From positions 5,130,001 through 5,162,000 of the forward strand of contig NZ_CP021983.2 of the NCBI RefSeq assembly GCF_002075285.3: a stretch of DNA of 32,000 nt. The letters run 5' to 3'. The notes beneath the pieces are model-generated. The model had not been told where the DNA came from. It saw nothing but the letters and a program-made list of their open reading frames with translations, and searched no databases. Origin of the DNA: Halomicronema hongdechloris C2206 (GTDB lineage Bacteria; Cyanobacteriota; Cyanobacteriia; Phormidesmidales; Phormidesmidaceae). The stretch's first letter is position 1. Each line of letters begins with the position of its first letter. Positions 6,889 to 14,355 of this stretch are shown one piece after another. A program made the translations under genes and the position numbers.

Positions 6889-7018
6889 TGAGCGACAAGC
6901 CCTGCCATGGAGCTCAGCGGTAAAAGCTGGCCTTACTCATTAGCAGAGCAGGGCGATTGGGTGACGGTCTGATAGCGTAGACATTACGATTTAGATTGCC
7001 CGTCCTTCTAGCAAACCC

Positions 7019-7669
7019 ATGGCTGCCCCTGTCTCTCCCTCCTTGCAAACTGCTGTGCCCTTAGACCAGATCCGCTACAACGACCAGGGCTTGGTGCCTG
7101 CAATCGTGCAGGACTATCTGGACGGCACGGTACTGATGCTGGCCTGGATGAATCGAGAGTCGTTGCAGCGCACCCTGGAGACTGGCGAAACCTGGTTTTG
7201 GAGCCGCTCTCGCCAAGAGTTTTGGCATAAGGGGGCGACCTCGGGCCATCGGCAGCGGCTGCAGGCGATGCGCTACGACTGTGATAGTGATGCCCTGTTG
7301 GTGACGGTGGAGCAACTGGGCGATATTGCCTGCCATACGGGAGAGCGTAGTTGCTTTCACCAAGTTGACGACCATAAGCAGGCCCCGCCGGCGGATACCT
7401 TGTCCCAGGTGTTTGGGGTGATTTGCGATCGCAAAGCCCAGCCCACCCCTGACTCCTACACCTGTAAGCTATTGGCTAAGGGCGACAACGGCATCCTCAA
7501 GAAAATCGGTGAAGAAGCGGCCGAAGTGGTCATGGCCTGTAAAGACGACGACCCCGAGGCCATTGCCGGTGAGGTAGCCGACCTCTTTTACCATACCCTG
7601 GTAGCCTTGGCCCACCACGATGTCGACCTGAAGGCGGTCTACCGGCGGCTACAAGAACGACGTCGCTAG
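7019..7669 (+). CDS. hisIE: bifunctional phosphoribosyl-AMP cyclohydrolase / phosphoribosyl-ATP diphosphatase
   Basis: 216-aa ORF. The HisI part contains LVPAIVQD...MLAWMN.ES...T...G...FWSRSR...WHKG.TSG..Q......[21 protein letters not shown]. The HisE part contains [24 protein letters not shown]........E.ADL.YH..V.L. Confidence 0.95.
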   Translation: MAAPVSPSLQTAVPLDQIRYNDQGLVPAIVQDYLDGTVLMLAWMNRESLQRTLETGETWFWSRSRQEFWHKGATSGHRQRLQAMRYDCDSDALLVTVEQLGDIACHTGERSCFHQVDDHKQAPPADTLSQVFGVICDRKAQPTPDSYTCKLLAKGDNGILKKIGEEAAEVVMACKDDDPEAIAGEVADLFYHTLVALAHHDVDLKAVYRRLQERRR

Positions 7670-7670
7670 G

Positions 7671-9428
7671 CTACATCCGCTCCAGCACCTGAATCCCCAA
7701 CAAATTCAGCCCTAACTTCAGGGTCCTGGCGGTGAGATCACAGAGAATCAGACGGGAGGTGCGTTGAGGATCCGCTGTCTGCAGCACCGAGCAGCGATCA
7801 TAGAACTGGTTGAACTTCTGGCTCAGCTCAAACAAATACTGGCAGAGACGGTTAGGGAATAGATCCGTAGCCACCTCCTGCAGCACCTCATCCAGCTGCA
7901 GAATGTGCTTAGCCAGGGTGAACTCACTCTCATCCTCCAGGCAGATGGGGGCCTGAGCCGACAGGTGTTCAAAGTCGATGCCGCCCTTACGGCTAATCCC
8001 CTGCACCCGCACATAGGCATAGAGCAGATAGGGAGCGGTGTTGCCCTGCAGGGCCAACATCTTATCGAAGCTGAAAATGTAATTGCTGGTACGATTCTGG
8101 CTCAGATCGGCATACTTGACCGCACCGATGCCCACGGCCTCAGCCACGGCCTGGATGAACTCCTCAGATTCCTGGCGTCCCTCCTCGGCAATGCGAGCCT
8201 CTAGATCGACCCGGGCCCGACTCACCGCTTCATCCAGCAGATCCTGCAGTCGTACCGTGTCGCCGGAGCGGGTCTTGAACTTCTTGCCATCTTCCCCCTG
8301 TACCACGCCAAAGGGCACATGGACCAATTCCACTTCTGGGGGCACCCAGCCAGCCTTGCGGGCCACTTGGAATACCTGGGCAAAGTGATTGCTCTGGCCG
8401 GCATCGACCACGTAGATGATGCGGTCGGCGCCGTCTTGATGAATGCGGTAGCGGATCGCCGCTAAGTCGGTGGTGGCGTAGTTATAGCCACCGTCAGACT
8501 TACGTACGATCAGGGGCAGCGGTTCTCCGGCTTTATTGGTGAAGCCCTCGGCAAAGACCACCAGGGCTCCCTGGTTCTCTTCCAGTAGGCCCTGGGCCTC
8601 TAAGTCCTGAACGACTTCAGGTAGCAGGGGGTTGTAGAATGACTCCCCCCGTTCTTCGATGCGAATATCTAGGCGATCGTAGATTGTTTGAAAGGCTTGG
8701 CGGGATTGCTCACACAGCGCCTGCCAGGCCTGACGAGCCTGCTCATCTCCCGCTTGCAGCGCCACTACGGCCTGGCGCGATTGGGCTTTGAAGTGGTCAT
8801 CGGCATCGAAGCGGGCCTTGGCCTGCCTATAGAAGGCCACCAGATCGCCAATGTCTACAGACTTGGAGTCGGCAATGGCCTGGGGGCAGACCTCCTGCAG
8901 ATGGGTGATCAACATGCCGAACTGGGTGCCCCAATCGCCGACGTGATTGAGTCGTCGCACCTCGTGCCCCATGAACTCCAATACTCGGGCGATGGAATCA
9001 CCAATGATGGTGGAGCGTAGATGGCCCACGTGCATTTCTTTGGCGATGTTGGGACTGGAGAAGTCCACCACGGCCGTCTGGGGCTGTTTCACTGGGGCAA
9101 TGCCGAGGCGCTTGTCAGCTTGCAAGCCCTGCAGCTGGCGTTCTAGGTAATCAGGGTTGAGCCGCAGGTTGATGAAGCCGGGGCCAGCAATCTCGGGGGG
9201 CTGGCACAGATCACTGACGTCCAGGTGCTGCACAATCTGAGTTGCGATCGCACGGGGATTCTGCTTCAGGGGTTTCGCCAGGGCCATGGCCCCATTAGCT
9301 TGATAGTCACCGAATTTAGGATTACTGGCCGGCACCAGCATCGGATCAGCCGTAGCCAAGTCAGCCCCAAAGGCCGCCACCATGGCCTGCTGCAACCGCG
9401 ACTGTAGGAGGGAACGTGTCGATTTCAT
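7671..9428 (-). CDS. argS: arginine--tRNA ligase
   Basis: It has the class-I HIGH-type motif [20 protein letters not shown] and the C-terminal anticodon-binding region ...[10 protein letters not shown]...[20 protein letters not shown] prefer the ATG at 9428 ([13 protein letters not shown]...), which gives 585 aa; the ORF track extends to 9473. Confidence 0.95.
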   Translation of the reverse strand: MKSTRSLLQSRLQQAMVAAFGADLATADPMLVPASNPKFGDYQANGAMALAKPLKQNPRAIATQIVQHLDVSDLCQPPEIAGPGFINLRLNPDYLERQLQGLQADKRLGIAPVKQPQTAVVDFSSPNIAKEMHVGHLRSTIIGDSIARVLEFMGHEVRRLNHVGDWGTQFGMLITHLQEVCPQAIADSKSVDIGDLVAFYRQAKARFDADDHFKAQSRQAVVALQAGDEQARQAWQALCEQSRQAFQTIYDRLDIRIEERGESFYNPLLPEVVQDLEAQGLLEENQGALVVFAEGFTNKAGEPLPLIVRKSDGGYNYATTDLAAIRYRIHQDGADRIIYVVDAGQSNHFAQVFQVARKAGWVPPEVELVHVPFGVVQGEDGKKFKTRSGDTVRLQDLLDEAVSRARVDLEARIAEEGRQESEEFIQAVAEAVGIGAVKYADLSQNRTSNYIFSFDKMLALQGNTAPYLLYAYVRVQGISRKGGIDFEHLSAQAPICLEDESEFTLAKHILQLDEVLQEVATDLFPNRLCQYLFELSQKFNQFYDRCSVLQTADPQRTSRLILCDLTARTLKLGLNLLGIQVLERM

Positions 9429-9653
9429 GCTGTGTGTGCCATCAACGCCAAAGATCAATACGAGACCATCCACCCATGGACCAGTTGCCTGCTGCAGGTG
9501 CCCCAGGCAACCCCTATCTCATCCTACGGCAATCCCTTCGTGGCCTCTATCCCCCGTGCCAGCCTAGTCTTCAGATAGACGAGCTATCCTCCGCCATCTA
9601 TTATTCTGACGGCATAATGACAAGGGAAGCGTAAAGAACCGGAGGAGCGCGCC

Positions 9654-10025
9654 ATGGCCAATGCCAGCAACGTCTTAGGGGGCAACCTCGAGGTGTGTGG
9701 CACCGATCCGATCACCGGCTTCTATCGAGATGGCTGCTGCAATACTGGTGCTGGTGACTTCGGAGCCCATGTGGTGTGTGCCCAAGTCAGCGAGGAGTTT
9801 CTAGCGTTGACCAAAGTCCAGGGCAACGATCTCGGCACCCCCCTACCTGGATTCAACTTTCCTGGCCTCAAGCCTGGCGATCGCTGGTGTCTCTGTGCGG
9901 CTCGCTGGCAGGAAGCCTTAGAGACAGGAGTGGCACCTCCAGTCATCCTAGAAGCCACCCACGCCTCGGCCCTGGAGCATGTCTCCTTAGATGATCTCAA
10001 AGCTTATGCCCTCGATCTTCAGTGA
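9654..10025 (+). CDS. DUF2237 family protein
   Basis: 123-aa ORF with NVLGG.LE.CGTDPITGFYRDGCC.TG..D.G.H.VCA.V..EFL.....GNDL.TP....FPGLKPGDRWCLCA.RW.EA, as I remember this family. Confidence 0.8.
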   Translation: MANASNVLGGNLEVCGTDPITGFYRDGCCNTGAGDFGAHVVCAQVSEEFLALTKVQGNDLGTPLPGFNFPGLKPGDRWCLCAARWQEALETGVAPPVILEATHASALEHVSLDDLKAYALDLQ

Positions 10026-10103
10026 GTGGAAGAGGGTAGATGGGGAGATGAGAAGGATGGCGAGTGAGAGAGGGGTCGAGTAGGGGATAGGGCCCATCGG
10101 GGG
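10026..10103. repeat. G/A-rich low-complexity block containing a canonical G-quadruplex motif
   Basis: It starts immediately after the DUF2237 stop codon. The motif GGGG-tcgagta-GGGG-ata-GGG-cccatc-GGGGG at 10072-10103 satisfies G3+ N1-7 repeated four times. It shares words with 4711-4806. Confidence 0.65.
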
Positions 10104-10400
10104 ACCGATTTACCTGTCCGCAGGAATCTGCTTGGGTCTCGATAGGCCATGCCGCTTGGGGTGAGTGCAGTCGAATCGCTTATGGTGTTCGCAAAGCGGC
10201 TCCGCAGGAGCAACGGAGTCGAACTACCCTGGACCCCGCGGAAGGACTTGTCGATTGGTCGTGATAGATCGCGTTGCATCTGTGGAGTCGCGAGGGGCAC
10301 TTTGACCTGACGAGTAAACCAAAGCTGAGACAGATGTGGGCGGGAAAGGGAGTTTTGATGGTTGACTTGTTAAGGGCTGAATTCAATCCTTACCGAGAGA

Positions 10401-10450
10401 ACTCAACACTCAACACTTAACACTCTTCACTCAACCCCAACACCCCACCC
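10401..10450. repeat. C/A-rich degenerate tandem block (G/T-rich on the minus strand)
   Basis: ACTCAACACTCAACACTTAACACTCTTCACTCAACCCCAACACCCCACCC contains degenerate repeats of CACTCAAC / ACACT. On the minus strand it gives GGGTGGGGTGTTGGGG. Confidence 0.65.
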
Positions 10451-10601
10451 TTCGACTTCGTTACTCCTTAACCCCTCCGGGGTCGCTTCGCGAGCGGAGT
10501 CGCTGAGTGCAAAGCACTCGCTTCGCGTTTCATGTCGCTTGCGAAACCCGAACAGGGCAAGTCACCCCTAACCCCTGCGGGCAGGCTGCGCCAACACCCC
10601 A

Positions 10602-11516
10602 TCACTCCCCTACTCCCTGCAGCGTCATACTGATATCCAGCCAAGGAGCCTGAGTAATGGGGGCACTGGTAGAGACATAATCCACCCCGGTGGCAGCCAC
10701 AGCCCGAATCGTCTCTAGGGTGATGTTGCCGGAGGCTTCAATTAGCGGCGGAGCCGGCTGCTGACGAATTCGTCGCACTGCCTCAGCCATTCTGTCTAAG
10801 GGCATATTATCCAGCATGATAATGTCCACCCCCCAGGCCAGGGCCTCTTCCACTTGGTCTAAGGTCTCCGTTTCCACTTCAATGGAAATGGGGTGGGGGA
10901 TGCCATGGTCACCGACTCTTCCTGAAGGGCCATCGCCTCGGGCTCCCTGTCTCAATCTCTGCATCACTGCCCCAATGCCGCCAGCCGCAGCAATATGATT
11001 ATCTTTAAGCATCACTGCATCATCTAAGCCCAGGCGATGATTCACCGCCCCCCCCATGCGAGTGGCATATTTTTCCAACAACCGCAATCCAGGCGTTGTC
11101 TTGCGAGTATCCACCAGCTGCGTCGGTAGATCCGCAATCTGGTCCGCATAGCGTCGGGTTAGGGTGGCGACACCACTCAGCCGCATGACCAGATTTAAAG
11201 CCACCCGTTCCCCCATCAAGAGAGCCGCCAAAGGACCCTGAAGACAAGCAATGGTAGTTCCGGCTGCCCAGAACTCCCCCTCAGACACCTGAGGCATGAA
11301 AGATACCTCAGCATCCAACACTTCAAAAACCCGAGCCGCCACTGGCAACCCAACCACTACGCCCGCTTGCTTAATCTGCCAGACGCCCTGCCTAACCTCG
11401 TCTCGAACCGGCGCCAGAGCTTGGGTAGATAAGTCACCCCGGCCGATATCTTCTCGTAGCCAGATCTGTAGCAGAGGATCCAAAATAAATTGAGGTGGCA
11501 GCATGGCAGATGGCAA
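10602..11516 (-). CDS. nadC: nicotinate-nucleotide diphosphorylase (carboxylating) / quinolinate phosphoribosyltransferase
   Basis: 304-aa ORF with the motifs DTRKTTPGLR, HR.GL.DAVMLKDNHI, IEVE.E.L.Q..EAL, DIIMLDNM and IEASGNITLETI. Confidence 0.9.
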   Translation of the reverse strand: MPSAMLPPQFILDPLLQIWLREDIGRGDLSTQALAPVRDEVRQGVWQIKQAGVVVGLPVAARVFEVLDAEVSFMPQVSEGEFWAAGTTIACLQGPLAALLMGERVALNLVMRLSGVATLTRRYADQIADLPTQLVDTRKTTPGLRLLEKYATRMGGAVNHRLGLDDAVMLKDNHIAAAGGIGAVMQRLRQGARGDGPSGRVGDHGIPHPISIEVETETLDQVEEALAWGVDIIMLDNMPLDRMAEAVRRIRQQPAPPLIEASGNITLETIRAVAATGVDYVSTSAPITQAPWLDISMTLQGVGE

Positions 11517-11530
11517 ATGCCCTCGATAAA

Positions 11531-11559
11531 TTAGCTAACAAAATAAATTGTGCTATGCT
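11531..11559 (+). promoter_or_regulatory. candidate sigma70-type promoter with extended -10
   Basis: TTAGCT (11531-11536), a 17-nt spacer ending in TGC, then TATGCT (11554-11559). This predicts a transcription start near 11566, reading towards the pterin dehydratase gene. Confidence 0.35.
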
Positions 11560-11631
11560 GCGTACCAGTGTTGATCAATCAACGCTTGTCTCCTTGAGAT
11601 AGACCGTCCAGGGAATAAGGAGGTGATGCCC

Positions 11632-11703
11632 ATGCAAGACAGTAGTAAACGCATGGGTCTCCAGGTTGATGTAATCCGGCTGTGGGCCGGGGCTGTTCTT
11701 TAG
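11632..11703 (+). CDS. candidate 23-codon small ORF / leader peptide (MQDSSKRMGLQVDVIRLWAGAVL)
   Basis: It is preceded by AAGGAGGTGAT (11617-11627), which is fully complementary to the 16S rRNA 3' end, with 8 nt between GGAGG and the ATG. The start codon lies in the 5' arm of hairpin 11629-11657. I cannot assess conservation. Confidence 0.25.
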   Translation: MQDSSKRMGLQVDVIRLWAGAVL

Positions 11704-11789
11704 ACGATCAGTTCCGCCTCTTAGAGGCATTAGAACTGGCTCGCTAGGGTTCCTCCCGGCAGTCAGGTTCAACCTGTAGATCCGCTAGA

Positions 11790-11845
11790 CCGCTCCCATC
11801 TCTAGAAGGGCTTTCCTTCCCCAGATGGGAGCGGATAGTTTTTTT
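11790..11845 (+). terminator. intrinsic (Rho-independent) terminator
   Basis: 12-bp arms CCGCTCCCATCT (11790-11801) / AGATGGGAGCGG (11823-11834) enclose an inner GAAGG/CCTTC stem. They are followed by ATAG and a T7 run (11839-11845). Confidence 0.8.
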
Positions 11846-11880
11846 AAACTAAAGGCGATGACATTTAGTGAGGTATCTTC

Positions 11881-12162
11881 ATGGCCGCCGTACTTAGCGA
11901 CACCGATATCAAGAGCAACCTGAGCCAGCTTTCCGATTGGCAGCAGCAGGGAAACACCATCCAAACGGTCAAGACCTTTAAGGATTTTGTCGAAGCCATC
12001 AACTTCGTCAACAAGCTGGTGGAGCCGGCTGAAGCCGCTGGGCACCATCCCGATATCGCCATCTCCTATAACAAGGTCACCATCAACCTCACCAGCCACG
12101 ATGCCGGTGGCATCACCGAGCAAGACTTCGCCATGGCAAAAACCCTGGATCAGATTAGCTAG
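11881..12162 (+). CDS. phhB: 4a-hydroxytetrahydrobiopterin (pterin-4a-carbinolamine) dehydratase
   Basis: 93-aa ORF with L.....W.......I...F.F.DF..A..FVN.V...AE...HHPDI...YN.V...L.SHDAGG.T..D. The HHPD motif and size are typical of the PCD/DCoH family. The longer minus-strand ORF 11785-12183 is its antisense shadow. Confidence 0.85.
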   Translation: MAAVLSDTDIKSNLSQLSDWQQQGNTIQTVKTFKDFVEAINFVNKLVEPAEAAGHHPDIAISYNKVTINLTSHDAGGITEQDFAMAKTLDQIS

Positions 12163-12212
12163 CTGCTTCGGAAAAGCAGACACGATCGAGATCTCTTGTC
12201 ATGTCAACGATT

Positions 12213-12238
12213 CCTCCTGATACTCAGGAGGTTTTTTT
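12213..12238 (+). terminator. intrinsic terminator after the dehydratase gene
   Basis: CCTCCTGA-TAC-TCAGGAGG (an 8-bp stem) followed by TTTTTTT. Confidence 0.75.
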
Positions 12239-12503
12239 AGGCTATTCTTGCTCAATCCAGCCCATCGCTGACACGACAACCCTTCCAGGCGACAACTTGC
12301 TGTGAGCAAGGCGATATCAGCAGATTTACATTTGAGAAGAGGTTAAAAGAAAAGGTTCTCAATTTAACTTCTAGCCGTTGTCCTTCATAAGGATGGCTTA
12401 TGCCTTCTAATGCCTTTCCTGCGTGCTGTTTAGGGATTGATGGTTTCTATGCTTAATGGCATGATTCTGCTATGGATATCCTTTAAATGATTTTGTTCTT
12501 AAT

Positions 12504-13045
12504 AAGGTGTGAGGAAAATAAGACATGTCTAAACTGCTGTGGAAATCACTGCTGGCAGCGCCTGCTGCCCTCGGTGCAGTGCTCGCTATCTCTGGTACCT
12601 CTGTAGCCGCTGAGTCTGTTGAGCCTAGCTTCAACGAACTGAGTGCTGCCGAGCCCGCACAGCTGGCTCAGGTGACCAGCGTCGATGAACTGTCCGATGT
12701 GTTGCCGTCTGACTGGGCCTACACGGCGCTGCAAAACCTGGTAGAGACCTACGGCTGTATCGAAGGCTATCCCAACCGCACTTTCCGCGGTGACCGGGCC
12801 CTGACTCGCTACGAATTTGCCGCTGGTCTGAATGCCTGCTTAGACGTTATCTCCAATTTGATCGTCGGTGGTGGTGTCGGTGAGAGTGACCTGGCCACCA
12901 TCCGTCGTCTGCAAGAAGAGTTCCAGGCTGAACTGGCTACCCTGCGGGGTCGAGTCGATGCCCTGGAAGCCGACGTGGCTGAACTGGAAGCGAACCAGTT
13001 CTCCACCACAACCAAACTGCGTGGCCAAGTGGACTCCCACATCGT
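12504..13045. repeat. near-identical duplicated segment (porin 1 copy); partner at 14358-14899
   Basis: My hand comparison of the two copies at an offset of 1854 nt finds a single mismatch (12887 T versus 14741 C) across 542 nt. The segment covers the RBS, signal peptide, SLH domain and coiled coil. Confidence 0.85.
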
Positions 13046-13982
13046 CGCTCCCTTCGATGAGCTAGAGGGCGTTGAAGATTCCACTACCTTCACCAACCGG
13101 GTGCAGATGAACTTCGATACCAGCTTCACCGGTGAAGATCGTCTACGGGTGCGTTTGCAGGCTAGTGGTGGTGCTGATCCATTAGTTGCTGGTGCTGGCT
13201 TAGCTAATGCTGATGATGCTATTGGTGAGGAGTACAACGTTATTGTCGAGGACTTCTACTATCTGTTCCCGGTTGGGGATCGCCTAGATATCATCATCGC
13301 GGCCAACAACATCGTCACCGATGACTACGTGGTCAGCACCATCGTGCCCTTCGACGGTCCCAGCGTGGCTGACCCCGGTGGTCCTGTATTCTATGACTTT
13401 GATATGGGGGGTAGTGCTGGTGCTGGCTTCAGCTTTGCCCTCACCAACAACATTGCCATTGATGCCGGCTATTCCTTTGACGAAGCCGAGGGTGCTGATC
13501 CCCTAATTGGTATCTCAGCCGCTTCCGAGCAAAGCTACATCGGTCAGGTCACCTTCATCAGCGATGGCATCCTTGATCTGGCTGGTACCTTCATCCGCGG
13601 CGATAGTGGCGATGGTGCCTTTACTAATACCTTTGCTGGTCTAGCCAACCTCGACTTCGGTCGTTTCATGGTTAGTGGCTACTATGCCTACCATGACCTG
13701 GATGGCACGCCCGCCGTTGGCGACGATGATTTCACTACCTCCTGGATGGCCGGGATTGCCATTCCCGATCTGTTCATCGAAGGGGCTCAGCTGGGTGCTT
13801 ATTACGCCGGCTTGCCCGAGTACACCTCTGGTGAGAACCCCTATATGATTGAGGGCTATTACTCGATTCCCGTGAATCAGTTCCTCACCATTACTCCGGC
13901 GCTGATTTATGGTGATATCGACTCTGGTGCAGCCGATGAAGAGGCCTTCTACGGTGCTATCCGAGCTACCTTCGAGTTCTAG
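12525..13982 (+). CDS. outer-membrane porin, SLH domain + OprB-type beta-barrel (cyanobacterial iron-uptake porin / SomA-like), paralog 1
   Basis: It has a signal peptide (MSKLLWKSLLAAPAALGAVLAISGTSVAAE) and an SLH motif (DVLPSDWAYTALQNLVETYGCIEGYPNRTFRGDRALTRYEFAAGLNACLD). A coiled coil (LRGRVDALEADVAELEANQFS) follows, then an alternating beta-strand region ending in a C-terminal aromatic residue (...RATFEF). Confidence 0.9.
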   Translation: MSKLLWKSLLAAPAALGAVLAISGTSVAAESVEPSFNELSAAEPAQLAQVTSVDELSDVLPSDWAYTALQNLVETYGCIEGYPNRTFRGDRALTRYEFAAGLNACLDVISNLIVGGGVGESDLATIRRLQEEFQAELATLRGRVDALEADVAELEANQFSTTTKLRGQVDSHIVAPFDELEGVEDSTTFTNRVQMNFDTSFTGEDRLRVRLQASGGADPLVAGAGLANADDAIGEEYNVIVEDFYYLFPVGDRLDIIIAANNIVTDDYVVSTIVPFDGPSVADPGGPVFYDFDMGGSAGAGFSFALTNNIAIDAGYSFDEAEGADPLIGISAASEQSYIGQVTFISDGILDLAGTFIRGDSGDGAFTNTFAGLANLDFGRFMVSGYYAYHDLDGTPAVGDDDFTTSWMAGIAIPDLFIEGAQLGAYYAGLPEYTSGENPYMIEGYYSIPVNQFLTITPALIYGDIDSGAADEEAFYGAIRATFEF

Positions 13983-14321
13983 AGCGTCGTATTGCGAAGG
14001 GACGCCCTCACGAGAGGGTGTCCTCCCATGAGCCCTCGACCCAGGGATAATGCTTGCCAAGTCAGTGCAAGACTCACGTCCCCCGTTGAATAATTTGCCC
14101 TATCTAGAGTTAAGCGAAGGTTATGTGTTGCGACTAGCCCCTAGCCCCAAGTCAGGATTTCCTCACACGGCCTCGTTTCAGGGCATTTTTTGTCTAAAAA
14201 CTCTAGCCGCCCTCTGGTGGATCTGCTAGCATCTTGATGAGCAGATTAAGAGGAGGGTAAACTGGTCTGCCTGTGACTCGCTAGCCTCCTCGCTTAGCTC
14301 AAGGAGTGATTAGTTTGATGT

Positions 14322-14355
14322 CAGCTCCCGATAAGGGGTGCTGGCCTGTTTTTTT
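14322..14355 (+). terminator. candidate intrinsic terminator abutting the porin-2 RBS
   Basis: The stem CAGCTCCC / GGGG(T)GCTG has a GATAA loop, followed by GCCTG and TTTTTTT (14349-14355). The conserved RBS block AAGGTGTGAGG starts at 14358. Confidence 0.45.

Larger units (their letters stand above)
11566..11845 (+). promoter_or_regulatory. structured 5' leader / candidate attenuator or small RNA of unknown class, ending in an intrinsic terminator
   Basis: Hairpins lie at 11629-11657 (CCCATGC/GCATGGG), 11676-11690 (CCGGC/GCCGG), 11709-11738 (two-tier: CAGTTC/GAACTG around GCCTC/GAGGC) and 11764-11776. An alternative pairing is CAGGTT 11662-11667 with AACCTG 11771-11776. The terminator at 11790-11845 sits 35 nt before the next ATG. 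Confidence 0.45.

Noticed and set aside
7667-7673. The hisIE and argS stop codons face each other with a single nucleotide between them and no terminator
   Set aside because: Tightly convergent gene ends are common in compact bacterial genomes. Nothing in the sequence points to a specific mechanism.
10211-10235. GGAGTCGAACTACCC, superficially like a tRNA T-arm (TTCGA)
   Set aside because: The flanking bases do not form a 5-bp T stem, and no acceptor, D or anticodon arms can be drawn. I found no tRNA in the window.
11655-11667. On the minus strand, AACCUGGAGACCC resembles the cobalamin riboswitch B12 box (upstream of nadC)
   Set aside because: The remaining cobalamin core (GGGAA..GGUG..AA.UCC..CCCGC.ACUG, GCCACUG) is missing, and the terminator in this region is oriented for the plus strand.
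11744-11753. CUAGGGUUCC in the leader, identical to the 5' conserved block of the guanidine-I (ykkC) riboswitch
   Set aside because: The other conserved ykkC blocks (GGUCCGAGAG, ACGG, GGGA..AAAA..CCCGGGAG) are absent downstream, so it does not support a ykkC assignment.
11785-12183. Minus-strand ORF of 132 aa, longer than the plus-strand ORF it overlaps
   Set aside because: The plus-strand 93-aa product has the HHPD motif and the length of pterin-4a-carbinolamine dehydratase. The minus-strand ORF also runs through the plus-strand terminator hairpin and matches no recognisable family.
12470-12500. AAATGATTTTGTTCTTAATAA upstream of porin 1, considered as a Fur box because homologous porins are annotated as iron-uptake porins
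   Set aside because: My hand alignment to the 19-bp Fur consensus matches only about 9 of 19 positions, which is not better than expected for AT-rich promoter DNA.
12809-13237. Long antisense ORFs inside all three porin genes (12809-13237, 14663-14983, 16521-16955 and smaller ones)
   Set aside because: They are S/R/A/P-rich shadow frames of strongly supported porin genes. They recur only because the underlying porin sequence is duplicated.
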